From NCBI GenBank assembly GCA_963845245.1, contig CAWJRJ010000014.1, positions 1-64,000 on the forward strand: DNA of 64,000 nt. Direction: 5' to 3'. The notes beneath the pieces were generated by a model that worked only from the letters and a program-made list of their open reading frames with translations, made no database searches and was not told where the DNA came from. Source of the stretch: Nitrospirota bacterium. GTDB taxonomy: Bacteria > Nitrospirota > JACRHJ01. A program made the position numbers and the translations under genes. Positions 10,666 to 20,186 of the stretch are shown here, one piece after another. How positions within the stretch are numbered: the first letter of the stretch is position 1; each line of letters opens with the position of its first letter.

Positions 10666-11671
10666 CCCAACTCGCTTTTCAGGTCCCTGCCCATCAGGTC
10701 GCGTACGACCTGCCCCGGTTCTTTCTCCTCATAGAGGAGCTTGTAAACCTGCTCGGTTATCGGCATGGTTACGGAGTATCTACGGGAAAGGTCGTATGCG
10801 GACTTTGTGGTCTTGACGCCTTCCGCAACCATCTTCATCTCGGACAGGATATCATTAAGCTTTGCGCCCTGCCCAAGCCTGAAACCGACGGTCCGGTTTC
10901 GGCTGAGCTCCCCGGTACAGGTCAGGACAAGGTCACCCATTCCGGAAAGGCCGGAAAAAGTGAGGGGGTTGGCACCCATTGCCATGCCAAGTCTTGCTAT
11001 CTCCGAAAGGCCGCGCGTAATAAGCGCCGCGCGCGTGTTATGCCCGTACCCGAGCCCGTCGGAACAGCCCGCTGCGATGGCTATAACGTTTTTGAGCGCG
11101 CCGCCAAGCTCCACCCCTATAACGTCCGGGTTGGTGTACACCCTGAAATAGTCGCAGTTGAAAGTATTTTGGACCCTTTGAGCCGCCTCCGGGTTTCGTG
11201 AAGCTACCGAGACCGCAGTTGGCATCTTCTTGCAGACCTCTTTTGCGAAACTCGGGCCGGAGAGGAAGGTTAGGCGGTGGTGGAAGATCTTTGGGCAGTA
11301 CGTCCTCCATCACGTCGTTCATAGTCATGAGGCTGTCGTTCTCGATGCCCTTGGAGGCAGAGACAAAGACAGCGTCCTCTTTGGCATCCGGCAGTAGTCC
11401 AGTCAGGATGTTTCGCGTGACATGTGAGGGCGTGACGGTAACTATTATATCTTTGTCTTTTACCGATTCCCCGAGGCGGGAGTCGACCTTCAGGTTCTCC
11501 GGCAGTTCAAAGCCTGGCAGATAGAGGTCGTTTACCCGGGTGCTGCGCATGCGCTCTGCCAGGTCTTCCTCATATACCCACAAGGTGACGTCGTGGCCCT
11601 TTTCTGCCAAGCAGGGCCGCCAACGTCGTGCCCCAGCTGCCTCCACCGATTACCGCGATTTTCTCGACCAA
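10662..11671 (-). CDS. gpsA: NAD(P)H-dependent glycerol-3-phosphate dehydrogenase (frameshifts ~11620 and ~11270)
   Basis: [53 protein letters not shown]. Confidence 0.93.
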
Positions 11672-11690
11672 TTTTATCCTTTAATTATAC

Positions 11691-11733
11691 GTTTTCTTTT
11701 GCTGGTCTTCTTTTTCGTAAAAGAAAACCAGGG
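11691..11733 (-). repeat. Intergenic hairpin repeat, type 1 (after rtcB stop)
   Basis: Minus strand ACC-CTGGTTTTCTTTT-ACGA-AAAAGAAGACCAG-CAAAAGAAAAC; 13-bp stem with one G-U pair. Confidence 0.7.
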
Positions 11734-11737
11734 TTTT

Positions 11738-13183
11738 TCAGCCTTTGATTACCCCGAGAGGCTTAAGTTTAGCCACCCGTTTTGCAATCCCGGCATTATG
11801 CACCACATCGACGACTTGGTCAATATTTTTATAGGCTTCCGGCATTTCCTCCTTGAGGGCGTCGCGCCCGGTGTAACGGGCGATTATGCCCACGTCCTCT
11901 AGCTCACGTTCGATTGCGCGCCCCTTCGCCGCCCGGACAGCCGCCGCCCTTGACATAACCCTCCCTGCACCATGGCATGCGCTTCCGAATGTCTCCGCCA
12001 TGCCCGTATCTGTCCCTGCTAATATGTAGGACGCAGTGCCCATGTCTCCTGGGATTATTACCGGCTGACCGATTTCCCGGTAAACCTGCGGTATCTCCTT
12101 GTGGCCCGGAGGGAATGCGCGGGTCGCGCCCTTTCTGTGGACTGCAAGAGTCATCTGTTTGCCGTCCACAACGTGCTCCTCGAACTTTACTATGTTGTGC
12201 GCGACGTCGTAGAGCAGAGACATGCCAAGCTCGCGTGGGGATATGCCCAGCACCTTCATGAACGTCTCACGGACCCAGTGCATGATCACCTGCCGGTTCG
12301 TGAAGCCGAAGTTTGCTGCGGCCCGCATTGCGGCGAGGTAGTCGGTACCCTCGTCAGAGCCGATCGGGGCGCATGCAAGCTGACGGTCGGGCAGATTGAA
12401 GCCGTATTTTCTGGTCGATGCCTCCATCACCTTCAGGTAGTCCGTGCATACCTGGTGTCCGAAGCCTCGCGAGCCGGTATGTATCATCACCAGCACCTGG
12501 CCTTCCCAAAGGCCCATCACGTTTGCGGCGTCTTCGTCGAATATCCGCTGGACATACTGTATCTCTGCGAAATGATTGCCAGAGCCCAGTGTCCCGACCT
12601 GGCCCCTGCCGCGTTCATATGCCTTCTCGCTAACCTTGTCAGGGTCAGCCCCATCTATTGCACCACCGGCCTCGATGCGCTCCAGGTCGTCGAGGCTGCC
12701 GTAGCCGTTTTCGACCGCCCACCGTGCGCCTTTCACCAGCATCTTCTCGAACTCCGCCCTGGAGAGCCTCAATGCGCCCTTGGAGCCGACGCCGGTAGGA
12801 ATGTTTGCGAACATCCCTTCCACCAGTTGCTTGAGCTTGTCCTTTATATCCGCCCTTGTGAGGTTGGTGCGAAGGGTCCTTACGCCGCAGTTTATGTCGA
12901 AGCCGACCCCACCTGGCGTTATGACCCCGTCGTTCATGTTTGTGGCTACGACCCCGCCTATGGGCAGCCCATACCCGAAATGCATGTCCGGCATGGCGAG
13001 TGACGCCTTTACGATGCCCGGCAGCATCGCGGCGTTTGCCACCTGGTCAACCGACTGGTCCTTATTGATGTTCGCCATAAGCTCGTCGTTGGCATAGATT
13101 ATGCCATGTACGCGCATCCCGGGCTTGTAATCTTTGGGTACTTCCCAGCGGTATTCGTCCAGACGGATCAGTTTACCGGCCAT
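11738..13183 (-). CDS. rtcB: RNA 2',3'-cyclic phosphate/3'-phosphate ligase RtcB (long archaeal/eukaryote-like form)
   Basis: PDMHFGYGLPIG, GVGFDINCG, GTLGSGNHF, HTGSRG, HRKGAT, HGAGR. Confidence 0.97.
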   Translation of the reverse strand: MAGKLIRLDEYRWEVPKDYKPGMRVHGIIYANDELMANINKDQSVDQVANAAMLPGIVKASLAMPDMHFGYGLPIGGVVATNMNDGVITPGGVGFDINCGVRTLRTNLTRADIKDKLKQLVEGMFANIPTGVGSKGALRLSRAEFEKMLVKGARWAVENGYGSLDDLERIEAGGAIDGADPDKVSEKAYERGRGQVGTLGSGNHFAEIQYVQRIFDEDAANVMGLWEGQVLVMIHTGSRGFGHQVCTDYLKVMEASTRKYGFNLPDRQLACAPIGSDEGTDYLAAMRAAANFGFTNRQVIMHWVRETFMKVLGISPRELGMSLLYDVAHNIVKFEEHVVDGKQMTLAVHRKGATRAFPPGHKEIPQVYREIGQPVIIPGDMGTASYILAGTDTGMAETFGSACHGAGRVMSRAAAVRAAKGRAIERELEDVGIIARYTGRDALKEEMPEAYKNIDQVVDVVHNAGIAKRVAKLKPLGVIKG

Positions 13184-13195
13184 TCTGGCCTCCCT

Positions 13196-13615
13196 TTAAA
13201 TATCGTATACGACCGTCGTTCTTACCGTTCCTGGTGAATCTTCGACCTTCAGCATATGGTATGTGACCGCCTTTATCGGGGTCTTTATAATGTGCCTCTG
13301 CGGATCCATGTCCTCCCCCTTCGCCTCAGCGGTCAGGGTGAAGCCGTTAAGTCCTGTTATTTGGAACTCCTTAAGAAAAACCTGTTTTGTGTCGAATAAA
13401 TACAAAAGCTCCTCGAGGAAGGAGGCAAGGAGGGACTCATTATCGTGGCCTGAAGCCTTTACCCTGAAGGACTGCACAGCCGCGACCGTCCGCAGGTCGA
13501 CCATAACGGAGAACATGCCGGCAGCCTGGTTTTCAAATGCCTCTCTCAGGTCTCGCCCTCTGGACGTCACTCCAACATCGGCGGTGGTCCCGAACACCCT
13601 GTATCGTCGTCCCAT
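13196..13615 (-). CDS. Archease (RtcB activator)
   Basis: TADVG, LEELLYLFD, IKAVTYH, C-terminal VYDI; directly upstream of rtcB. Confidence 0.93.
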   Translation of the reverse strand: MGRRYRVFGTTADVGVTSRGRDLREAFENQAAGMFSVMVDLRTVAAVQSFRVKASGHDNESLLASFLEELLYLFDTKQVFLKEFQITGLNGFTLTAEAKGEDMDPQRHIIKTPIKAVTYHMLKVEDSPGTVRTTVVYDI

Positions 13616-13633
13616 GAATTTGACCCCGATGGA

Positions 13634-13670
13634 TTATAATTAATTATAAACCCTTGAAATTGCTTGTCAA
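13634..13670 (-). promoter_or_regulatory. Sigma70-type promoter for archease-rtcB with overlapping perfect palindrome
   Basis: Minus strand TTGACA-16 nt-TATAAT; palindrome TTATAATTAATTATAA at 13634..13649 overlaps the -10. Confidence 0.65.
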
Positions 13671-13687
13671 GCTCGGGCTCAAATTGA

Positions 13688-13716
13688 TTGCCAATGATTT
13701 TGTTCTATGTTAACAT
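13688..13716 (+). promoter_or_regulatory. Candidate divergent sigma70 promoter for the M16 gene
   Basis: TTGCCA-17 nt-TAACAT. Confidence 0.4.
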
Positions 13717-13757
13717 TACCTTTCGATTTTCCATCCTATCATTTCAGAAGGCTAATA

Positions 13758-15107
13758 ATGTGGCGTGTCGCTTTTTCCGCGGGACTATTCTTGATACTGG
13801 CATTTACCGGCTGCTCGTCGTCCGGGACGTATGTCGGCCGTACGGCCGAGCCGGTCGTTGACAAAAGCCCGTTCCGCTCGTTTGCCTTGCCGAACGGCGT
13901 GATGCTTATCGTGAATGATTTTAAAAGGCCGGGCCCTACCTCGGTACAGGTATGGCTGTCGGCCGGGAGCGCGTCCGACCCGAAAGACAAGCAGGGCCTT
14001 GCGCACCTGTCGGAACATGTGATACTCAAGGGTTCCTCCCATCTGCCGCCCGGCAAGGCGGAGTTCTACATAGAAAGCATGGGTGGCACGCTCTTCGGGC
14101 ATACGGGCCGTGACTTTACATACCTTGGCGCAACCGTGCCGTCCGGGCCGGGATGGGAGCGGGCTGAGGGTATACTCTACGACCTTGTGGCCTACCCGTC
14201 TTTTGCCCCTGAGCAGTTTGAGAAGGAACGCAAGGCTGTTGGTCTTGAGATAAAACAGAGGGAGCGCGACCCGGACATGCTTCTTGTGGAGAACATGTTC
14301 AGCCAGTCATACCGTTACCATCCCTACAAATACCCTATTACAGGTACGGTATCGGATGTTGCCCAGATAACGCTTCAGGACGTAAAAACGTATTACTCGC
14401 GTTTTTATATACCGGCCAATATGGTGGTTGTGATCACGGGGAATATAGAGCCCGCTGCCGCGAAGTCCGTGGTGGAAAAAACTTTCGGAAAACTCCTGCC
14501 GGTAAAACCCGTGAACCTGAAGTTTCCCCTGGAGGGCCAGCAGGTTATCAAAAGGACGAAGACCGTATCGCTCCCGGTCAAGCTCACCTATGCCGCATAT
14601 GGATGGCGGGTATGCCCGGCAAACGACCCTGACATCTACCCGCTTGAGGTACTGAGTGAGATACTTGGGGGCGGTAAAGGTTCGAGGCTGTCCCTTGAAC
14701 TGAGAGAGAGGCGCGGCATAGCCTACAACATACGCTCCGAACTTGTACCTATGAAAGACCAGGGCATGTTCATGGTGTTCGCGGACCTGACCGACGGCGA
14801 CAACCTAAGCCAGGTCACGGACGAGCTGCTTCGCCAGATAAACAGGCTGAAGGACGAGGACCTAGTCACGGATGACGAGGTTGCCAGGGCGGTGGCACGT
14901 ATAGAGACGCTCCAGATGCAGGAGAGCGAGACGGCCGAAGGACTTGGGTATTCGCTTGGATACTGGGCCGTCGTCTCTGGCGAGAAGGATACGTCGAAAT
15001 ACATACAGAGCATCAAAAAGGTAACTGCGGAGGACGTTAAACGGGTCGCGCAAAGGTATATCGGCGAAGGCAGCTTTACTCTGTCAGTCGTCGCGCCGGG
15101 AAATTAA
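13758..15107 (+). CDS. M16 family zinc peptidase, predicted lipoprotein
   Basis: HLSEH motif; lipobox-like LAFTGC; start placed at MWRVAF (ORF track starts 13707). Confidence 0.87.
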   Translation: MWRVAFSAGLFLILAFTGCSSSGTYVGRTAEPVVDKSPFRSFALPNGVMLIVNDFKRPGPTSVQVWLSAGSASDPKDKQGLAHLSEHVILKGSSHLPPGKAEFYIESMGGTLFGHTGRDFTYLGATVPSGPGWERAEGILYDLVAYPSFAPEQFEKERKAVGLEIKQRERDPDMLLVENMFSQSYRYHPYKYPITGTVSDVAQITLQDVKTYYSRFYIPANMVVVITGNIEPAAAKSVVEKTFGKLLPVKPVNLKFPLEGQQVIKRTKTVSLPVKLTYAAYGWRVCPANDPDIYPLEVLSEILGGGKGSRLSLELRERRGIAYNIRSELVPMKDQGMFMVFADLTDGDNLSQVTDELLRQINRLKDEDLVTDDEVARAVARIETLQMQESETAEGLGYSLGYWAVVSGEKDTSKYIQSIKKVTAEDVKRVAQRYIGEGSFTLSVVAPGN

Positions 15108-15109
15108 AG

Positions 15110-15142
15110 TTCTTTGGGCCGCGCTTTCTTACAAGAAAGGCG
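15110..15142 (+). repeat. Intergenic hairpin repeat, type 2
   Basis: TTCTTTGGGCCG-CGCTTTCTT-AC-AAGAAAGGCG, 2 nt after the M16 stop. Confidence 0.5.
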
Positions 15143-15173
15143 AGACTTATTTTTCAAGGGAGGTTCTTAGATC

Positions 15174-16827
15174 ATGGCAAAAATAACGCGTGCGCTCATA
15201 AGCGTTTCGGACAAGACGGGTGTTGTGGATTTCGCGAAGAAGCTGGTCAAAAGGGGCGTGGAGATACTCTCAACCGGCGGTACGGCCAAGGCCCTGCGCG
15301 ACGCGAAGGTGAAGGTGAAGGACGTCTCGGAGTTCACCGGCTTCCCGGAGATGCTGGATGGCCGCGTAAAGACGCTGCACCCGAAGGTGCACGGCGGTAT
15401 TCTGGGACGCCGCGCGGACAAGTCGCACAAGGCGCAGATGAAGGAGCACGGCATAGAGGCCATCGATATGGTCGTCGTGAACCTCTACCCGTTTGAGGCC
15501 ACGATAAAGAAAGAGGGCGCGACGTTTGAGGACGCGATCGAGAACATCGACATCGGCGGCCCGGCAATGCTGCGCTCCGCGTCCAAGAACTTCAACGACG
15601 TTGCAGTGGTGGTCGACCCGGCGGACTATGCGGGCATCATAAAGGAGATGGATGGCGGCGGCATATCCGCCAAGACCCGCTTCCAGCTCGCCGCGAAGGC
15701 ATTCGCGCACACCGCGGCCTACGACACCATGATATCCAGCTTCTTCCGCGCCACAGGCGGCGTGGACACCGAGTACCCGCTGTTCCACAAGAACACGCTA
15801 AAGCCCGCACGCGGCAAGGCGTACCCCGAGAAGGTACCGGAGATGTTCGCGAAGCTGGGCGCAGTCGGAGAGCAAGTTCCCAATATTCAGCTCGCTCCCG
15901 CTGATAAAGGCGCAGGACCTGCGCTACGGCGAGAACCCGCACCAGGCAGGCGCATTCTACCGCGAGCCGTTCCTGACCGAGCCGTCCGTCGCCACCGCCT
16001 GCCAGCTTCAGGGCAAGGAGATGTCGTTCAACAACTACCTGGACGCAAACTCCGCACTTGAGGTGGCCAAGGAGTTCGACGAGCCGGTGTCCGTAATAGT
16101 AAAGCACAACAACCCGTGCGGCGTCGCCACCGACCCCAACCTCTGGGAGGCGTATGTTAAGGCGCGCGAGATCGACCCGGTATCCGCTTTCGGCGGCGTG
16201 CTGGCGTTCAACCGCCCCGTGGACGAGGAGACGGCGCGCGAGATAACCTCCACGTTCGTCGAAGTTGTCATCGCCCCGGGCTACGATAAGAAGGCTCTGG
16301 CGCTTTTCAAGAAGAAGGGCAACATCCGCCTGCTCGACATCGGGCCGAATATGCGCGGGCCGCGCAGCGGGTTTGACATGAAGCGCGTCGTGGGCGGCAT
16401 GATAATACAGGACTACGACCTGGGCAAGATCGAGAATGTGAAGAAGCTGAAGGTTGTCACGAAACGCAAGCCGACCGAGGCGGAGTACAAGGGGCTCGCG
16501 TTCGCTTGGAAGGTGGCCAAACACGTCAAGTCCAACGCCATCATATATTCCTACGGTAGCCACGTCATAGGCATAGGCGCGGGCCAGATGAGCCGCGTTG
16601 ACTCCACCCGCATAGGCGCGCTGAAGGCGAACTTCCCCACCAAGGGCGCGGTGCTCGCATCGGACGCGTTCTTCCCCTTCCGTGACGGGCTGGACGAGTG
16701 TGCGAAGCACGGCGTCACGGCGATAATCGAGCCGGGCGGTTCCATCAAGGATGACGAGGTTATAGCCGCTGCGAACGAGTACAACATTGCGATGGTGTTC
16801 ACCGGGATGCGTCATTTCAGGCACTAG
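15174..16827 (+). CDS. purH: Bifunctional AICAR transformylase/IMP cyclohydrolase (frameshift ~15870)
   Basis: [67 protein letters not shown]. Confidence 0.96.
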
Positions 16828-16859
16828 TCTTCTGCAATCGCAAGATTGGGGGTGGCTGC

Positions 16860-17009
16860 ATGGATTACTTACTGTTGCTTGTGAACAAGCTCAGCGGCGG
16901 TGGGGGTGGGAATTTCTACATGTCGTACGATAGGGAGCTGAAGATAGTCTTCGTTGCCGTGGTGGTAATTCTCGTGGTGATAGTTTTGAAGGCGAAGAAT
17001 AATAATTAA
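16860..17009 (+). CDS. Small single-TM protein (49 aa), not in ORF track
   Basis: MDYLLLLVNKLSGGGGGNFYMSYDRELKIVFVAVVVILVVIVLKAKNNN; G-rich RBS-like GGGGGTGG upstream. Confidence 0.45.
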   Translation: MDYLLLLVNKLSGGGGGNFYMSYDRELKIVFVAVVVILVVIVLKAKNNN

Positions 17010-17131
17010 GATTCACCTAGACGAACGAGCATAACATAATAACGTAGTTCACGGAAAGCGTCCATCTGGCATTATGATGGCGTATGGTGCAGCAGGCTGA
17101 TATAGTCCGATAATTTGGGCATCGAGGGCTT

Positions 17132-17632
17132 ATGATATTCCTGAAAAGGTTGTCGCCGGTCAAGCAACTGATAGTGATTGTCGGTTCTCTTGCAGTGCTC
17201 TCGCTCCTGGCGGGCATGTTCTTCCTGCCGGGCTACCTTGAATACATGGCCAGAGGCGAACAGCAGGATGCCGTAGAGAACCTCAGGGTGATATGTAAGG
17301 CTGAACTCGATTATTACCAGAAGAACAAACGGTACACGGACAGCTTTTCCGAGCTTGGGTTTACCCCGTCTGGCAGCTATACGTATTACCTCGGCAAATC
17401 TGTAATAAACAGCGGCGGCGGCAAGGCCTATCCGCTCCCCGCCAGTGTCCAGACGTATGTCAACGACTCCGGGTTTAAGGCGGTAGCCGTGTCCAACCTG
17501 GACGAAGACCCAGACCTCGACCTCTGGACCGTGGACGAAAAAGGCGTGATCACGAACGTGTTCAACGATTTTAATAAACCTCGCCTGCAGGACTATCCGC
17601 AAGAACTCAGGCAGTTATTCAAGAAGAAGTAG
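17132..17632 (+). CDS. Type IV pilin-like protein lacking a canonical prepilin cleavage motif
   Basis: N-terminal TM, then P-x-Y..EQQDAVENL..Y...Y.DSFSELGF and FKAVAVSNLDEDPDLDLWTVD, resembling myxobacterial/deltaproteobacterial PilA heads. Confidence 0.6.
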   Translation: MIFLKRLSPVKQLIVIVGSLAVLSLLAGMFFLPGYLEYMARGEQQDAVENLRVICKAELDYYQKNKRYTDSFSELGFTPSGSYTYYLGKSVINSGGGKAYPLPASVQTYVNDSGFKAVAVSNLDEDPDLDLWTVDEKGVITNVFNDFNKPRLQDYPQELRQLFKKK

Positions 17633-17643
17633 GGGGGAAATTA

Positions 17644-18915
17644 ATGAAAGTCCTTGTAGTAGGTGGTGGCGGGCGCGAGCACGCGCTCGTATGGAAGATA
17701 GCGCAGAGCAAGAAAGTACGAAAGATATTCTGCGCGCCGGGGAACGCGGGCATAGGCAAGATGGCCGAGTGCGTGAACATAAAGGCCGACCGGGTACAGG
17801 ACCTCCTGAACTTCGCGCGGTTCGAGGGCATAGACCTCACAGTCGTCGGCCCGGAGGCCCCGCTTACGCTGGGAATCGTTGACCTCTTCGAGAAAGAGGG
17901 CAAGAAGATCTTCGGCGTCAGCCGCGCGGCGGCGGAGCTTGAGGGTTCCAAGGTATTCTCCAAGGACCTGATGCGCCGCTACAACATCCCGTCTGCGGAA
18001 TACAAGACCTTCTACTCGCCCATCGAGGCGGAAAACTACGTACGCCTAAAAGGCGCGCCCATCGTCGTGAAGGCGGACGGTCTGGCGGCTGGCAAGGGCG
18101 TCATCGTGGCGACCACGACAGATGAGGCGCTTGAGGCGGTGGACCTGATAATGCGCAAGCGCGCATTCGGGGACTCCGGCAACCGCGTGATCATCGAGGA
18201 ATGCCTCAAGGGCGAAGAGGCCAGCTTCATGGCCTTCTCGGACGGCGAGACCGTCGTGCCGATGGCGTCGTCCCAGGACCACAAACGGATATACGACAAC
18301 GACAAGGGGCCGAACACCGGCGGCATGGGCGCGTACTCGCCCGCGCCCGTCGTGACGCCCGAGCTTACGGAGCGGATAATGCGTGAGGTGATGATACCCA
18401 CCGTGCGCGGCATGAAGAACGAGGGTGTGCCATACAAGGGCGTGCTCTACGCCGGTATAATGGTGACCGAGAACGGCCCGAAGGTGCTTGAGTTCAACGT
18501 ACGCTTCGGCGACCCGGAGGCCCAGCCGATACTTATGCGGTTGGACTCCGACCTGGTGGATATCATGACGGCCGTGTCGGAAGGCGCCTTGAAGCCGGAG
18601 ATGGTTAGCTGGAAGGATCAGGCGGCAGTCTGTGTCGTTGCGGCGGCGAAGGGATACCCCGGCTCTTACGAGAAGGGCTTCCCCATCAGCGGGCTGGACG
18701 AGGCCGCAAGGCTGCCGGACACATTCGTCTTCCACGGCGGCACTGCCGACAAGGACGGCAGGGTGGTGACGAACGGCGGGCGCATACTCGGCGTCACGGG
18801 GCTCGGCGACACCGTCGCACAGGCGATAGAGCGCGCGTACGAGTGCATGGGCAAGATACACTTCGACGGGATCCACTACCGGAAGGACATCGGGGCGAGG
18901 GCGCTAAAACGGTAG
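17644..18915 (+). CDS. purD: Phosphoribosylamine--glycine ligase
   Basis: VGGGGREHAL, VVGPEAPL, KADGLAAGKGV, QDHKR, GPNTGGMGAYSP, EFNVRFGDPE. Confidence 0.98.
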   Translation: MKVLVVGGGGREHALVWKIAQSKKVRKIFCAPGNAGIGKMAECVNIKADRVQDLLNFARFEGIDLTVVGPEAPLTLGIVDLFEKEGKKIFGVSRAAAELEGSKVFSKDLMRRYNIPSAEYKTFYSPIEAENYVRLKGAPIVVKADGLAAGKGVIVATTTDEALEAVDLIMRKRAFGDSGNRVIIEECLKGEEASFMAFSDGETVVPMASSQDHKRIYDNDKGPNTGGMGAYSPAPVVTPELTERIMREVMIPTVRGMKNEGVPYKGVLYAGIMVTENGPKVLEFNVRFGDPEAQPILMRLDSDLVDIMTAVSEGALKPEMVSWKDQAAVCVVAAAKGYPGSYEKGFPISGLDEAARLPDTFVFHGGTADKDGRVVTNGGRILGVTGLGDTVAQAIERAYECMGKIHFDGIHYRKDIGARALKR

Positions 18916-18940
18916 CCGTCGGCCTCGGCCATAATTCAAT

Positions 18941-18968
18941 AAAAAAGCGGGGGGAACCCCGCTTCTTT
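18941..18968. terminator. Bidirectional intrinsic terminator
   Basis: AAAAAAGCGGGG-GGAA-CCCCGCTTCTTT between convergent purD and luxR-type genes. Confidence 0.8.
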
Positions 18969-18989
18969 ATTAATTACTGAAAAATCAGG

Positions 18990-19538
18990 TTATCCCAGTC
19001 CGGCCATTATCTCGCTCCTAGATGCAACTTCCATCTTTTTCATGATCTTCTTGATATGATCCTTGACCGTATATTCGCTTATAAACAATGTCTCCGATAT
19101 CTTCCTGTTAGTAAACCCTTCGCATATCAACCTTAACACTTCAAGTTCCCTTTTTGTCAGAGTGAAATCCACCCGGGCGTTATCTAAGTTTATGCTATGT
19201 CTCTGAGTAATGTTTTCTATCAGCACCATGATATTGGTTGGGTTGCTGTTGTCCTCATGATTGCCGATAAAGAAAGCTCTTAAAGAAAAATGTTGGCCGG
19301 ACTCGATCTCCAGGGACCTGCAATTTGAAACAACATCCATTTTTTTCAGGTCGTCGCAGAGACTTTTGGCTTCATCCAGGATATCTGGTATTTGGGTATC
19401 TCTTTTTTCTTCAACGTTTCTAAGGCCCTGCATTATGCCCAACGCGGCTGTATTGGAATAGAGAAGCCTGTTGTCCAGGTCAAATATGAATATCCCTGGA
19501 GTCGAACGCATTTCAATTATTTGTGAGAGACTTTTCAT
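18990..19538 (-). CDS. LuxR-family HTH regulator with N-terminal PAS-like region (no receiver domain)
   Basis: PGIFIFDLDNRLLYSN; LTKRELEVLRLICEGFTNRKISETLFISEYTVKDHIKKIMKK; RBS GGAGGT before ATG 19538. Confidence 0.88.
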   Translation of the reverse strand: MKSLSQIIEMRSTPGIFIFDLDNRLLYSNTAALGIMQGLRNVEEKRDTQIPDILDEAKSLCDDLKKMDVVSNCRSLEIESGQHFSLRAFFIGNHEDNSNPTNIMVLIENITQRHSINLDNARVDFTLTKRELEVLRLICEGFTNRKISETLFISEYTVKDHIKKIMKKMEVASRSEIMAGLG

Positions 19539-19606
19539 CTTTAAAAGACCTCCATTCCTCCTGACTCTTATTAAGTCAAAAAAGAAACCCAATCATTATA
19601 ATGAAG

Positions 19607-19622
19607 GCAATAAACATGCCAA
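19607..19622 (-). promoter_or_regulatory. Sigma54 (-24/-12) promoter for the LuxR-type gene
   Basis: Minus strand TTGGCATGTTTATTGC, GG-N10-GC spacing. Confidence 0.65.
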
Positions 19623-19771
19623 ACATAATTAAACATAAGAGGTTAAAGGGCTTAAGAAGGATGTTAACTAAATATGTGTTATAAATTGCGCGAAGTCAAG
19701 CTATATTAGATGCGCATTAATGCTCAGAGAGGGGTTGAAAGGATATATCAAGTAGTATAAAAAAGAATACA

Positions 19772-19793
19772 AAATCCCACTTCCGAGGGATTT
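19772..19793. promoter_or_regulatory. Inverted-repeat operator candidate upstream of the PilZ gene
   Basis: AAATCCC-ACTTCCGA-GGGATTT. Confidence 0.4.
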
Positions 19794-19826
19794 ACTTTGT
19801 TTTAAAATTAAACTATTTTAATAACC

Positions 19827-20123
19827 ATGAACATAAAAAATAAACGAACAACTGAACGGACCGCCTTTGAGCAAAAAATTTCTTTTGAATCACTCACATT
19901 GGAGTCGGAATTGCCGCTGACCATGCTTAGAGAAGGCCAATGCCTGGATATAAGCTCTTATGGTTTGGGTTTGACCACTGACTGCGTGCTGAACAAGGGC
20001 GAAATAGTGAGAATATCTATGCCGTTAAAAAATACTGATAACACCCTGCCTGTTTATGCCGAGGTCATGTGGGCGAAAGCGGACAGCGGCCACTACAGGG
20101 CGGGGGCAAGGTTTCTGATTTAG
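19827..20123 (+). CDS. Stand-alone PilZ domain protein (c-di-GMP receptor)
   Basis: RxxxR (RTTER) and DxSxxG (DISSYG) motifs; C-terminal YRAGARF. Confidence 0.88.
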   Translation: MNIKNKRTTERTAFEQKISFESLTLESELPLTMLREGQCLDISSYGLGLTTDCVLNKGEIVRISMPLKNTDNTLPVYAEVMWAKADSGHYRAGARFLI

Positions 20124-20186
20124 AAATAAAATTTGGATGGAGGAGGTGGTAAAAGCAGGCAGGGGATTACTCAAGGGTTGGGAAAA

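Noticed and set aside
11738..13183. Intein in RtcB
   Set aside because: Length of 481 aa and continuous motifs leave no room for one.
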